Notes: generated from the sequence alone by a model not told the origin. Shown: positions 28,109 through 43,699, numbered from the stretch's first letter. The stretch is 64,000 nt of DNA from Octopus sinensis (GCF_006345805.1 NC_043002.1:102548001-102612000); one strand, 5' to 3'. Numbers and translations: made by a program.

Positions 28109-30029
28109 GTTTCTGAATGCCTGTTTCACTACTCTCTTAGCGACTGTCGAACTGATATCGCGTATTTCGTTTCAGATGGCTGCTAAAACGATATAGAGAA
28201 TGAAATAGTAAGATAGGAAAATTGTACGCTATCAGATTACATAATACTGCATACTGCAGAGCATTATATCCGTAAATAATGAATGCTTCTAATTTAGAAA
28301 ATATGATTCAACGAATATTAGTTATTATGGAAGAAATCGGAGCAACGCCCAGTTGTTTAAAAAAGTATTTCAGAGCCGCAGGCAGCGATGATCTTACAAA
28401 GCATCCAAAAATTAATCCACGCATTAGTTATATGAATCATGGTATTTGTAAATAATTAGAAAAAGAAGGAAACACAAAAAAAGAAAGAAAAAACAACACA
28501 AAACACCAATGGCTGTCATTTTCTCAATTTGTTTCAACGTGTTTGCTTTTCTATAAATCATTTTAACTCTGTGGCATTAGAGTGGATTTTATTCCTTGTC
28601 TTTTTCGTATACTTCAATTAGATTCTATTTTTGCTGTGGGTAATATTGTCAAATTGACATCTTTAATGGAAATGGTATTTGAAAGTGAAGGACAATTATA
28701 TTTGCTTTGTGGAATTCCAGAGCATTAAATTGATATCCTATACAGTGTTATAACAAAATACTGAAGGTTTGATAACAAACAAACCAAACGAATGCCCCAC
28801 TTTCTTTTTTTATACTTTTCATTTCATATTAAAATTAATTATAGGAAAATGCAATAAATTATTTAATTGAAAATTCCTCATCAAAACTGATGTCGGAATG
28901 ATTTTTGTTTTCAATTTCTTTTCCAAGAAGTTGGAATGAAACAGGAAAACATGATTAAATTCGTGATGCAGCTGGTAAGAGAAAATAATACACAAATTTA
29001 ACTGTGATAATATATGAGTGACTCTATCAATCATTTCATATGTGTGTATATATGAATTCTGTGGATGAGTACTTGTGAGTTTTTTTGTGAATTATTATAT
29101 TTGATCGTGAATATATACGCATGCTCTATGTACGTATTTATAACTACGTACATATATATTCTTACATTAATAATTTAGTTGTATGCATATTTGTATATGT
29201 GCATCAACACACACACAGGTTGACACGGGCATATGTATATGCATACTTACATACGCATACACACATGCACACACACACAGACGAACATATATATTTATAC
29301 ATAATTATGTATCTATGTGTGTTAGCGAGTGTGTGTATATATGCACTGTCTTTGACATGTTGCATTGCATTTGCAATTAATAGATTATAGTGAAATATCT
29401 TCGACGAAGTATCAGTCTTGATGAGACCATGGAAACTGCTTTGAATAGCACAGAAATTTGGGTTATCACAAGAGGTTCGGCGAAGGAGACAGTTAATTTA
29501 GTACTAATTAGTACGAAGACGGGTGAAGTTACATAGTACGCAGACGGAACAATGCATAGTTCTACTGAATTCAAAGGGAAACTTATAATAATTGCAACTG
29601 GATTAATCAGAGGAAGAAAACTGTTGTTGACGGCTAACACTGTACTAATGTAGAGAATGTAAGGGAAAGAGAAAAAAATGGTGGGCATGAGAGAACGTGA
29701 GAGAAGGAAAGTGAAAGAAAGATGAGGCGGAGATGTAGATATAATGGAATGGTGGAAATAGGAAATGAGGGAATCCGTTTGAAAGTGTGTGAGATAGAGA
29801 AAATGTGACAGAGAAGAAGCGTAATGGAGTTATTGTGAGAAAATGCGGATGAGGGAACGAAGAAAGGTGACAATGATGGAGAGAGTAAGTTGGATTAAAG
29901 AGAAGAAATGAAGAGTAAATTTTACCGTACATATTTACACATATACTCACAGACATACAGACATATACACACACATGCACACACTCACTCACACATACAC
30001 GCGCACACAAACACACATATATATTATAC

Positions 30030-30305
30030 TCTTTTACTCGTTTCAGCTGGAACAGCGCCTTTAGTCGAGCAAATCAACACAGGACTTATTCTTTGTAAGT
30101 TTGATACTTATTCTATTTGTCTCACACACATACATATACATACATATATACACATATACGACGGGCTTCTTTTTAGTTTCCGTCTACCAAATCCACTCAC
30201 AGGGCTTTGGTCGGCCAGAGGCTCTAGTAGAAGACACTCGCCCAAGTTGCTACGCAGTGGGACTGAACCCGCAACCATGTGTTTGTGTGGTTGGTAAGCC
30301 TGCGC
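30030..30305 (-). mobile_element. SINE family A copy with internal deletion
   Basis: Homologous to 2416-2820. Confidence 0.8.
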
Positions 30306-30609
30306 CTATTACAGCACCTAGGTTTCCGACTAGGAAAATAACTCTGCACATATATATATATATATATACATACATGCGTACGTATATACAGACAGATATG
30401 CAAAATTACCCCGCTGCTGCTGTTGAAATTCCAGTAAGCTCAGCATTCCAATAAAAGACCATGCATATTCATGTTTCCCGTAGACTTGAAGGAAACCGTA
30501 ACATTTGCATGAAGTAACGCCTCCCTTCGACTCGTGACCACTGTATCACATCACACTTCGATTGCTAAACATTTGCGATACAAAAACAGAAGATTGCTAC
30601 TAAATACCT

Positions 30610-30900
30610 AAACAAAAGAGATAGCGAAACCCGTGATGTTCCAAGATGCAACTCTAAATGTAGATTATGTCATATTTCTATGAAAGTCATGTGATTAGCA
30701 GCTGGCCAAAAATGGCACCTAGTTTCTACCTCTCTATGTGACATGACGTTGTCGTAAAAACAATATACAATGCCATTCCAAAAAATGACTGCCCTGGAAT
30801 AAATATAGAGAACTTCCTTTGTTATTGAATACCAGCACAAGGAATACTGGTGGAACATTTCCATCAGAATATCAGTCAAGTGTAAATATAAGAAGCCCAC
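30610..30900 (+). mobile_element. R4/Dong-like LINE fragment (CCHC knuckle to start of RLE)
   Basis: CNSKCRLCH...HDVVVKTIYNAIPKNDCPG...EYWWNISIRISVKCKYKKP; overlaps in protein space with the 22070 fragment. Confidence 0.7.
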
Positions 30901-31498
30901 AGGAATGATGAGTGTGGGTGATATATTTACGTCAGACCTTAGGATAAAGCTTCTCTGATGAATACTACAAATCCTCTGATATTTAAAGAAACGTTTCGTT
31001 GGGAGACCTTTGTCAATGTTCCATTCAATAAAGGCAATTTTTAGATCAATTTAGATTATTTCGAACCTCTGAATGTCCTTATCTTACATATGACCAGAGA
31101 ATGAAATGAGCTCAAAAGTTTAGAATCTTATGGCTTCTGAACTGTCACACAATTTCTCCACAATGGAATGATCTTGGTCTGACAGACTTTCCATTGACAC
31201 ACGCCTCGATGGAATAGTCAACTTGAATTAAGGACTTTTCTCCTAACAATGTAGTGTATCTAACTTACACGAAACCAGTGGTAACTTACGTGTGAATAAC
31301 TTGGCTATATCCATTAATTATGAAATATGTCACTGTCTCAAAAAACTAAGATCTCTTAAGGCTTCTTGACTTATATAATAATAAAACAAAATTAAGTGGC
31401 GCATACATGTATATTGATGATTGTTAATATTTATAAGGCATCGACCGATACATACATACATATATACATATATATACAGACACATATACACGCACACA

Positions 31499-31541
<43 letters not shown>

Positions 31542-31618
31542 ATATATATCAATACATACATACAAAGATATAAGCATAAAAAAAATATATATCGTTAGAT
31601 AGATACAGAGGAGTGATT

Positions 31619-31660
<42 letters not shown>

Positions 31661-32203
31661 AGCAACCGAAATATGTGAATCTTGTATGAGGCAGTAAGCT
31701 AACTGACATCTTGCATAAAACGTCCATTAACCTTGGGCGTAATCATATTATATTCCTAATATATAATCATATTTAAAGAAAGGAATCATTGTTCTTCTAC
31801 TTATATTGATCTCTGGTCGTAATTATAACTGTGAGAGCAACACTTGACTACACCTCATTACCAATCTTAGCACTCTATTGCTTGTTCTTCGATATCTGTG
31901 CCAATCGCTTTGTCTTTTTTTCCCTTTTTGTTCTATTGACAGTGTGGTGAATCTAGTTGTGTTAGCCTCAGATGTATCATTGTCAATATTATTCTGCAGT
32001 AATTTATATGTGTGTGTGTATGTGACAGTGTACGCGAGTTTACGAGTATGTGTGAACGTAGGTGTGTATACAAATTTACATGTACATATATATACATATG
32101 TATGTGTGTAAATACACATATTGATATGTATATATATATATATATATATATGCACGTATCACGTATATGCATATACATATAAATACACATAAGTGCGTGT
32201 GCG

Positions 32204-32234
<31 letters not shown>

Positions 32235-32281
32235 GTATCACGTATATGCGTATACATATAAATACACATAAGTGCGTGTGC

Positions 32282-32326
<45 letters not shown>

Positions 32327-33335
32327 CAGATGGAGAGAGAGAATGGGGAAGGCCAAACTTATGTGAATAACATAGATATTTCTTAATAAAAGTTGGGCTG
32401 CGTATAAGCATGATTTGGTGAATCATTTGTGCATGTATGTTTAAAAGATTAGAATTCTCTTGAAAATTAAAAACATCTGAATATATGTACTACACATTTT
32501 TACAATTTTCTGAGTATTGATTCCATGTTAATTCATGCTCAGATTTCTGTTACCTTTCTCTAAAAATATATCTCTCATATTAATCATGATCTCTATATAC
32601 ATTATTCATGCCAATATTCTACCGAGATTCTTTTTAAGGACAAAATTTTAAAAAAAAGTAAGTTTGTAATCCATCCCTCGAATTTTCAGAAATCGTAGCA
32701 AAATATCTGTCTCATGTTTATTGTACATTCTTTTATTTTAAGAAACGCCGCTTTAAGAATTGAATTTCTAAATGGAACAAACTGAAAGAAGAGTTAGCAT
32801 GGTCACATTTGAACCGCATTTTAAATATAGTTTATTCCATTGTGGTGTCTTTAGCCAATAAGGAAAATAGCTACAACTCTGATTTTCTCTCTTAAGAAAT
32901 TATTTCCATAGCGTACATGTTGTGTCTGATATTTTCCCCGTATGAAACATTTACTTTGGTAAAAAAACATAAGTGACATGCTTTCCAGAATTGGTCTTCT
33001 TTACCAAATGACATATTCTTACACTCTGTATTGAAACCGTGAAGCATTTGCCGAGTGCAAGAGATATTTTAGACATTTAAGAATGTCATATTCATGTTTT
33101 GTTTGTTCTCAGTAACGGAGAACCTACTATAAGATCTTTAAAATACTTTCATCGCATTCCTGCAACCTGATCATTAGCACAATTCCATTTTATAGGCTTT
33201 CTGCTCAAAAATGCTTCCTAAAATGAAATTATTTTTCACTTAATTGTAACATTGAGTTTAGATCCATGTCACGTATCTTAAGTAGGTCAGCCTGTATACA
33301 CACTCTATTAGTGATGCACTCTCAAATACACACAT

Positions 33336-33367
<32 letters not shown>

Positions 33368-33661
33368 TAGGTCATCCCACAAATAATGCGGTTTTATTTT
33401 CTTTTATTTTTCAAAATTAATCTAAAATATACTCTCCTTCATTTTCTACAACGCTCTTCCAATTATCGGTTTTCTGTTTGTTTGTTTGTTTGTTTGATTG
33501 TGCGCAGGCATGTGCACATACACATATGTATGTATGTATGCGTATGTGCGCATGTGTTTGTATGTATGTGTTTGTAGGTATTCTTATATATGTATATATA
33601 TCTATGTATGTGTGCACGTTTGTATGTACTCTGCATGTATGCATGTGTGTGTGCATGAATA

Positions 33662-34815
33662 TGTATCAGGTCACCCTATAAGTTCTGTCCGATTTTACCT
33701 TTCTTTAAAACCGAATGCAATTTAACAGTGTTTTAGAATCTCTAATGGAATTAAAAATTATTTTTATGCATTAGTGTGAATTTAAACCCTTTCTAACATG
33801 GAAGTATCCAAAGAACATTTAAGGCACATAATGCTTTGTGAGTACAAAAAAGAAAACTCTGCAGCCGGAGCAACTCGAATATGCACTCAGTTTATGGGAA
33901 ACAATGCTTGTAGAAGATGGTTTGCAAAATTCAGGAGTGAAGATTTCAGCCTTGAAGATGAAGATCGAAAATGACGTCCAGTTGAGTTTAATGATAAGCT
34001 CCTTGAGGCATTACTTGAAGAAAATCCTGCATTATCAGTAGAAGAACTAGCAATAAAGCTTAGTTCAAACCATACAACTATTCACCTCATCTTCAGCAAC
34101 TTGGAAAGGTTCCTAAACTTGGAAAATGGATGCCTCATGAATTGTCCGAAAGCAACCGCAAATCTCGAGTTGATATCTACTCATCTCTCCATTCTCGTTA
34201 CTCGTTTCAGGCTTTTTGGATAGACTTGTGACTAGTGACATAAAATGGTCTTTTATCGAAATGTTAAACATCGTAAACAGATGCTTGTTAAAAGGGGAAA
34301 ACGCAACCACAACCGAGAAGGGAACTTCACGAGGAAAAGGTTCTTTTCTCTATCTGTTGGGATTGCAAAGGAGTAATTCACTTTGAATTGCTACTACGTA
34401 ATGCAACTATCAATGCTCAACTATACTATCGGCAATTAGAGCGTTTGAACCAATCTTTTAATAAAAAAAAGACCCGCTTTAGTGAATCGAAAAGGAGTGA
34501 TGTTTCATCCGGACAATGCACGACCCCACACTTCAAAGATCACATCACAGAAGATGGAAGAGCTTGTTGGGAAAAATTTCTCATCCACGACTTTCTCCCG
34601 ACCTTACTCCTTCAGACTACCATTTGTTTCGTAGTTTACAGAATCATTTGGAGGACATAAATTTCGCAAGCCAGGAGGAGGTCAAAACTGATATTTTAGA
34701 GTTCTTCGTTTTCAAGACAAAAGAGTTTTATAATGATGGGATTAAAAAGCTTGTAAATAAATGGAAGAAAATCATAGATAATCAGAGAAATTTCAATTAC
34801 ATAAAACATTTGATC
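33662..34815 (+). mobile_element. Mariner (DD34D) transposon fossil
   Basis: ATG at 33798 gives MEVSKEHLRHIML...RRWFAKFRSEDFSLEDEDR..RPVEFNDKLL; then WMPHEL, DNARPH and SPDLTPSDYHLFRSLQNHL motifs with stops and frameshifts. ITR-like TA-TCAGGTCACCCTATAAGTTCTGTCCG at the 5' end, with another ITR-like start at 33365. Confidence 0.92.
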
Positions 34816-34831
34816 ACTTATATATATATGT

Positions 34832-34906
<75 letters not shown>

Positions 34907-35351
34907 TGTGTGCCCGTTAGTATGTATGTGTGTATTCTACATATCTATGTGCTTGTGTGTTCATGGTTGTGTTTGTGAACACACGAATGCATAAGCACAT
35001 GGATATGCATAATACATACATATATACATTACATGCGTATGTCTATGCGCACGCACACTAACGCACACGCATGCGCACAAATAAGCAAACAAACAAACGC
35101 ACAAAGAAAAAAAAAGGCAGTTTCGATAACGGAGAGAATCATCGACTATTGAAAAGTTTGGAAGACGCAAGGAAAATTTAATAAAAGTAAATTACTATTT
35201 GAGTGGAAATCGGACCCGTGAGTGTGTCATATTAATAAGGTACTAAGAGCATGCGTCTCTCCCGACGCAATAAAATAGGCTTCAACACACGAATTCCCAT
35301 TAAGAATCTTGCAAATCAAATGCAAAAACGAAATATATATATATATATATC

Positions 35352-35434
<83 letters not shown>

Positions 35435-36536
35435 GCACATATCATGTCCAAATTGCGAATGGACAAACAGCTTCAAAAACCTTTGCGTAGTTGTGATCCA
35501 TTCATAGCTGATAGCGACAATATCCTGGCAAGATAATTGTACAGGTAAATAAAGGTGAAGTAAGTTGTTGCTGCCATAGTCTTCAACTCCCGATTATTCC
35601 AATATTTAATAATAATTCTTAAAGCTGCGCCCATTAAAGTCTTTCATATCACGTTATCTAATACATCAATCCATTTTTCTAAAGAATGCCATATGAAATT
35701 TACATTTAAACAAACCATATCTGGCCTAAATATTCTTCCCGTTTCCAGTTCAAACTGATCTGGTCCAGCCTCTCACACCTGTCATTTAATATCCTTCTAA
35801 AATAAGAAATCACATCATTGAAATCTCGAAGTCAAGAGTCAATGTTCAATGTAAATAATGTAAATAGATAAGCACTACATTTGACTGAGTATAGAGAGTG
35901 TAAATGAGTTAAATTTGGCACAAAGTCGGCTACTGTTTCTAGCAGCATTAGCACATTTATCAGTATGTGTGTATTTATCAGTGTGTGTATATTATTTGGG
36001 GCTATTACTGCGGTTGTAGAGCCCTGGATAACTCTAGACGAGCAGATCTATGAACTAATCATTCTAGAAATTTCTTATTTGTTCTTAATTTCTTTGTACG
36101 TATATTATTTTATAGAACTCATGTTAAAACAAATGAAGACATGCGGTGCAACATAATTGCAGCTGCTAATTATCGCCTGTCAAATGTCCACCACACAAAG
36201 TCTGTTGAGTCGACTAATATAAAGAGTGTTCGAACTATATAAATACGAAACTTGAAAGATCTAAAGAAGAAAAAAACAATATTGAAACGCAAACAGATCA
36301 GTCATCACATTTAATAGAATAAAGAATGTTTGACTCTTTAACACATTTTACTTAGTAGCTGTGTCACCCTATAGCTATTGACCCAGATCAATAAAGAAAT
36401 ACTATCGATTTGTTGACAATTGTAAAGTGATTATAACTAAAATACTGTTTATTGATAGCCATTCACCTAGTTTTTTGCGATATTGATATATCAATACATG
36501 TCCACCCACATAGTTAAGCAGAAACACACACACACA

Positions 36537-36587
<51 letters not shown>

Positions 36588-36916
36588 ATACAAAAGCAGA
36601 CGCAAACTAACACACACGTATACACAAGCCAGCTCTTATATACAGATTTGAATATACATAGAGAATTAGATGCGGAAACATTTATTGAATAACATATCTT
36701 CTTTCACACAATGCCTTCACACACATGCCGGAACGCACACACACGCATAGGCACACACACTCACTCACACGCAGCAATGTATGTTTGTATATATATGTAG
36801 GCAAATGCTTGTATAATATTAGGTAATATATTCATTTATATATATATGAATCTATATGAATTCATGTGTGTGTACGTATTTATATGTATACATATGTGAA
36901 TGTATATGAATGCATA

Positions 36917-36957
<41 letters not shown>

Positions 36958-38225
36958 ATATATATATATGTTTATTTATGTATATTATTGCATATATATA
37001 TATATATATATGAAATGTATATAAATATACATGTATTTGTATGAGTGTATGTATGTGTTTACATGTGTGTTAGTTTAGTGTGTTTATAAATCATATAATA
37101 CATCACACGTTGTCGTTGTCAATACGATTCCACTCACTTCTCATCGATTGCCCGCGCCCAACTCCTTTCATCTCTCACAAAATGCTTTGATTGAAACCGA
37201 GCGATGTTTTCAGTGGTGAACTTTCGATATTAACCTTTACTGAAAGTTGCCAAAGAAATCAGAGAAACAGAGCAAAAATAAATCATTGAACAGTAGCAAC
37301 ATGGCCTACTTTGATCTCAGAAACGAGGCTTGGAAATGTCGTTCCTGAGTTCGAAGTGTGATTTGGTTGGTGTCGTGCTCCGACGCAGCGATTGGCTGCG
37401 TACGAACGTTGGGTGTGTGTATGTACGTGTGGCTGTGATTCTATAACAATTTTCGTCTTGTTTGATTTTATTAATAAACTTGCACACTCATAGCTGGTGC
37501 AATCATATATTCAAAACGTTTGTTCTGATTGTTGTCCATGCTGTTGTAATATTTTACGTTATATGTTTTCTTATATTCTCTTTTTTTTACGTACAACTCT
37601 TCTCAAAATTGCGTATCACCCAAAGTATCATACATTAAAAAAAATTTTTTAAATAAAACCTGATCAAATTCATTTTAAATTGCTCCAAGTAGTTATTCGC
37701 TGATTATACCAAGGACAGTGAGCGAATGATTGAGTAACCACGGGATCTGCAAGAAATAGCACCATTTTGTTAATATTGTTCGAGAAACATTCGCTCTGAA
37801 TACAAGAGAATATGAATTTGTCTGGAACACCTTTAATTTTACTTCTGCCCAATCAGCCACAACTAGTCTTAACAAAATTAGATAAATCTAACACAACACT
37901 GGTAATGACAAGTTAGTTTTGATTATTGCGATAATTAAAGCTGGCAGAATGGGTAGAGAAGTTTGCACTTTTGGCCAACGTTATAGAGTTCTGTCAATAT
38001 GTTTCTTGTGTTTAATTCTGGACAAGGACTCAATAAATGCATGGCATGCATCGTGGTTTAATTTGATAAAGAAGTATCCGTAGTCATGCAATGTATGATA
38101 ATATTTCAGAGATGCGCGTACGAGAAGGAAATCGTACCGTATGACGGTACCCAGCCATTAGAGAAATGTGGGTTTGTATCTAACATCTATTGTTGCGGAT
38201 CGGAAAAAAAAAACAGCTCACTAAA

Positions 38226-38592
38226 TCTATATATATATAAAGCTGAAGTTGTCTGTGTATGGCAGGTTTGGTAGCCTTCAACTAACTCTATCTCCTACGA
38301 GACCCTGTGGCGCAAGTTGACCAAAATTGAGAGTATGATAGAAGAAGGCTTGCTCTTCCTTTCGTAGAAGAAAGAATTCAAATCAGACCACGTTAACACC
38401 AAAAATTATTTACATCAAGAAGGTGCTTTTTTCTATGAAAATCCCTATGTCGCCATTTTTCTGTGTATTTCAAACAGAAAAATGTTCACTTAAAGAGATT
38501 AATAAGCTACGTAATGCAATTTTTTTACTTTTCAAAAATTCCAATTCTAAAGGGTCGAAACAAACCCGAGCAACGCCGGGCGATACTGCTAG
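38226..38592 (+). mobile_element. Non-autonomous Helitron-like element
   Basis: A|TC-TATATATATAAA start and CCCGAGCAACGCCGGG-CGATACTG-CTAG|T end (subterminal hairpin plus CTRR), inserted between A and T with no TSD. Confidence 0.8.
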
Positions 38593-39348
38593 TCTATGAT
38601 AAAATTCGACAAAGCGACTTCTTTCGGTAGGAAAGAAAACTAAATTTTCGTTAGCCTAGCGGCCGAAGGTTATACTACGATTCACTTGCTGGTACAATTT
38701 ATAGACAGGCATCTTCTTATTTGGTTAAGCCCTCAACCTCTTCATTGTTTACCATAACGTGGAGGTAGTAGCAGAGGTGTGGTTTTCTAGTAAGAAAATT
38801 GCTGACTGTGAATAGACCTTCTCATAGCATGCTGTTCTAAAGTATTTTTTCCGTGATGTCTAAAAATCATTCTGGAGACATCCGGATCCTTAATAATGGT
38901 GGGGTGAGTGGAAATATATTTAAGACACTCCACGGGATTCTACTTGGTTAAGGCATAAAAAGGATAAAATAAATACGGTAAACTTGATCAGGCTCTTCTA
39001 TGTGTCTAACAGACATTGATTTTATTTCTCATCCATATGGACATGAAGAAGCAAGAAGGCAAGATCCAGCACACAATAAATGACATGTTCTTTAGGTCTG
39101 TATATAGAGATTGATATGTTGCCGCATTTTAAAGACAGACCAAAGATCGGGGATCACCATAATGGGATTATAAAGAAGCCATTTACAGAGACTGGGTTAC
39201 TGGAAGTTGAAAGCTTCTTTGAAACGGGAAATCACAACAGAAACCGCATCACTGTAAATCCTTGGAATATAATCAGTAATCGATGAGACGATCATAAGCA
39301 ATATGTCGTAGGAGACACTGGCGATTTTTGGCTTCAGAAAATAAAATT

Positions 39349-39511
39349 GGCGCAGGAATGGCTATGTGGTAAGTAGCTTGCTTACCAACCACATAGTTCC
39401 GGGTTCAGCTCCACTGTGTAGCAACTTGGGTGAGTGTCTTCTACAATAGTCTCGGGCCGACCAAAACCTTGTGAGTGGATTTCGTAGATGGAAACTGAAA
39501 GAAGACCGTCG

Positions 39512-39589
<78 letters not shown>

Positions 39590-39814
39590 GTTTGTGTGTG
39601 CGTGTGTGTGTGCATGTGTTTGTTCCTCAACATCGCTTGACAACCAATGCTGGTGTGTACACGTCCCCTTAACTTAGCGGTTCGGCAAAAGAAACCGATA
39701 GATTAAGTACAGGGCTTACAAAGAATAAGTGTTGGGGTCAACATGTTCGACTAAAGGCAGTGCTCCAGCATGGCCGCAGTCAAATGACTGAAACAAGTAA
39801 AAGAATAAAAGAAT
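39349..39814 (+). mobile_element. SINE family A, full-length
   Basis: Reverse-complement homolog of 2416-2820. Confidence 0.92.
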
Positions 39815-41467
39815 ACGATAAGGTAACGTAATTTGTCTCAGACAATAGTATCAACACAAGTTCCGGCACTTAGAACTTTTTTTTTATAACTGGTGCATAT
39901 TCTATCGGCGTCGTTTGCCTATCCGCCGAGTTACATAGATATAAACAAACCAATGCCAGTTGTTAAGCAGAGGTGGAGGACAAACAGACACAACAACGCG
40001 CGGACACACTGACACACACTATATATACACACATAGACATATACACACACAGGCGCGTCCGTGCACACACATTGATAAGATCATCAAGGCTATGCGCTGA
40101 CGTAGCTGCATTTTAATGACTGAATCATGTAATAAAACAGCATATTTTATTCGTTGTAATGAATTATTCTTTACAGTTCGTCTTTGTGTATCATAAATTG
40201 AGAGTTTCATCAATTTGAAGATCCGAGTGTTCGCCGATTTGTCGTTTTCCCTATAGATTTCACCCTTTCAGTAAATAGTTTCATACGTTCAAGTCCAAGT
40301 TTCCCAGAAATTGTAAAACGTTAACCAGCTCGAAATTATAGCTTTTAAATATTGTGAAGTATTTTGAACAATTAATGCTTTTTGCAAGCATATCTCTTCA
40401 CGTGGTAATTGCTTGGGAAATGAAAATTATTCACATCTAAACTTCGTGTGTGCGACTTTGGCAGGTTTTAATTAACTTCATTTTTGCATAGTAGTATTAT
40501 GGCTATTGTCTAATTGACTTATATATTGTGGTTCTACTTTCTTTATGGTGGTGGTGCTTTTAAATTTTAGGGCATGGCAAGCGATTTTAAGAGATTGAGT
40601 AAGTCGATTACATCAACTTCACTGTTCAGCTGTTGCGCATTTCATAAACTCTGTCAGAACGAAAGATAAGTCGATCCGACGCAAGCAGAATCTAAACTCT
40701 GTGCACTTGCCCGACTCTTTAGCAAATCCGCTAGCTTTCTGCTTTCACTTCAGTTGTAATGCAATACATAAGCACAAGTGGATGTTTATGTAGAAGACTA
40801 CACACAGTGTAACACGCAAAAAGAAAAAAGTATCACTTAGATAATAACCGAGGTGATAATAACTACCATGGAGAAATGTAATGATCAACACTTCAATTTA
40901 TAATCTAGTCGTTATGAGATTTGCTTATTCTGTGAGATACAAGAATTTTGTTGGCATACAATCACCATGTTTTTACATCTTCAGTTCTGAAGTATTTTCT
41001 TTATATTTTAATTAAGACTTTATTAAATTTACGAATTACTTTCAACAGTATATACTGATATGAAAGAAGCCAGTTTAAGATATTTTTAAAAAACACTTTT
41101 TCTATATATATATTTTGCATTTATATATATTAACAATTCCATTTTTTAAATATATATTTTGCATTTATATATGATTAACGACTACATACAATGGCTTTAA
41201 TTCGTGGCATAGTTTTTTTCTGATAAATATGTATGTATGTATGTATATATGTATGTATGTTTGTAAGTATGTATGTATATATGTATGTAAGTAAGTATGT
41301 ATGTATATATGATTGTTTGTATGTATGTGAGGTAGGACTGAAACATATTTGTATGCAGGAATGTTTCTACAAAAGTACATGCGTGTATACACACACATGT
41401 AAAACACACTCACACATGCAGAAAGACACACACACAAACACACATACATATACATATATAATACAGG

Positions 41468-41500
<33 letters not shown>

Positions 41501-41871
41501 ATATTTATAACTTTAGTTTTATACCTGTGAGCGCATATAGGTATGCGTGTCCGTGTGATTATGTGCGTCTGTGTTTGTGTGTGTCTTTTTGTATGTTTGT
41601 GTGTCTTTAACATATACGTTGACGCGCACACAGACTATCCACATACGCATCCTCACACATGTACATACATCTCATTTCCTCGACAAATTAAGCAGACAAA
41701 ATTATTCATTTGATAACGAAGTGAATATTGTTGAAAATCATGTTTTCATATATAATAAACTGAATTCCTGATGTCTAGGTATATATGTATATGCGTGTAA
41801 GTATGTGTATATATACACCTCTATATACACACATATATAGGTGTGTATGTATATTCCTATAAGTATATGTT

Positions 41872-41916
<45 letters not shown>

Positions 41917-41971
41917 GTATATATATATATTATATATATATATATGTATATGTTGTTAGTATACACACATG

Positions 41972-42035
<64 letters not shown>

Positions 42036-42322
42036 ATGTTGTTAGTAAAATAATATGTATGTAGATTTGTTTAATTTGTGAATTTAAATTAAATTGTAAT
42101 GAAAATGTAAATATTTTCAAAATCGTCTTTTAATATGATAAATCGATACAGGTTGACCCACAAACTATGAACTGCTGTGTCTTATAGTTTCCGTTACCTA
42201 TTATGAATTTCTCTCAAATTACGTATCTGCATAACAAAAGAAAGGAGAAATATATACTTTGGATAATGTGTTCCTGTATGAACTTGCTTTGGGAATCTTA
42301 TGTAGGTATCAAAATTTGTTTT

Positions 42323-43500
42323 TACGTGTATCGGTTGGAAAGTTCATAGGCTAATCATGCTATTCTCGTATTATGTAACCAAATTTGGTTTCTTTTTCAA
42401 TATAGACCCCCATGCTCTAGATAAACTTCTTCCGTCGGTTTTTCATTCCTTGAACCCCATTGGTGAAGAAGCTTTCATCCTGTTTGTCAAAAATGTCTTC
42501 AACCTCAGGTATGACACCATAATCACTGTGATTCTAGTCCCCAGGCAATACGTTTTCCATATTGGTCAACGGACGACAGATGCGTTCAAGTCAAGAGGTT
42601 GGAGGGTGATCAATCAGATAAAAGCCAAGTCACGCGCAGAAGCCATTGCAACCAATGACTTGTTACTGGAGCATATCTCGGACCAAAAAGAGACCCTTTT
42701 CGACAGTTTTCCCGAGCTTTTAGACTTGATAGTTTTTCATAACTATCATAGCATGTTAGCAAAATACTCACCATTCATGGTGTGGACTTTTTAAAGAGGG
42801 TCAAGAAATACAATGGCATTTGCATTCCAAAATAACGAGGCCGTCACATTCCCTACAGACGAAACGACCTCGACATTCTTTGCAGCAGGTGAAGACTTTT
42901 TTTCACTACAGGGAAAACAGTTTTGCTTCTGGCTGAAAAGGATGAACCCTACACGATTTTTGATAAGGAAACATTCAAGCAAACCAGTTTGATCTGCTTC
43001 AAAAAATGTCAGCTTTTTCCTTGACATGATTATTGTAGAGCACTCCTGATCAGGGATCAGAAGACCAGGCACCAACCGAGCAGAAACATTTGTCATGCCA
43101 AGTTCCTTGTGCAGAATACTGTCAAATTTCTCCCGAGATCTGCTAAGAACATTGCCTATTCAATTCAAGATGAATAGCCTGTCATCCAATAAAATGTGGT
43201 GAACGCGATCAATGATTTCACTGGTCGTGGCAATTATAGGTTGTCCTGACTTTGGGTCATATTCAAGACTCTCCGTTCCCTCCTAATTTTGGCTGCCCAC
43301 TTTTGAACGGTTGATAAAGCTAAAGCCTCATATTGTAATCCTGCATAATCAAAATGGGGCTAAACCCTTTTTATGCAGACCCATGATATCACCATGATGC
43401 GAAATTTTGCTCATTTTCAAGAGATATCTATATCACTGGGTATTACTTCGTCACATGATTTTGACATCAGAATCGGTATCCTTGAGATTAGGATTATCCG
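42323..43500 (-). mobile_element. Mariner transposon fossil, second subfamily
   Basis: Minus strand from about 43414: LHKKG...YDPKSGQP...IDRVHHILLDDR...ELGMTNVSARLVPGLLIPDQ...VTASLFWNANAIVFLD. ITR-like TA-CGTGTATCGGTTGGAAAGTTCATAGGCT at 42323. Confidence 0.88.
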
Positions 43501-43699
43501 TGGGCATCCGGTTGATCATCATCATCGATTCATTTCATCAGGAAATACGGCATCGTTGCATAAATCACTCAGGATTGATTTTTCTCTTCTTGAAGGCCAA
43601 TCAAGGTAATTGGTCGTAACTTCCATTAAGTTATAGATCCCACTTGCTCTCCGGGAGATGAACTGTGAACTTCTGTCTGTATTCTTTTATCAACTATTT

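Noticed and set aside
28279-28455. 58-aa ATG ORF (MNASNLENMIQRILVIMEEIG...)
   Set aside because: No family resemblance and no supporting exon context.
29377-29688. 103-aa hydrophobic minus ORF and a faintly cadherin-like plus frame
   Set aside because: No DxD/LDRE/DxNDN motifs; the plus frame has an internal stop.
30950-31000. CTGATGA...GAAACGTTTC pseudo-hammerhead
   Set aside because: Neither stem I nor the base of stem II can pair.
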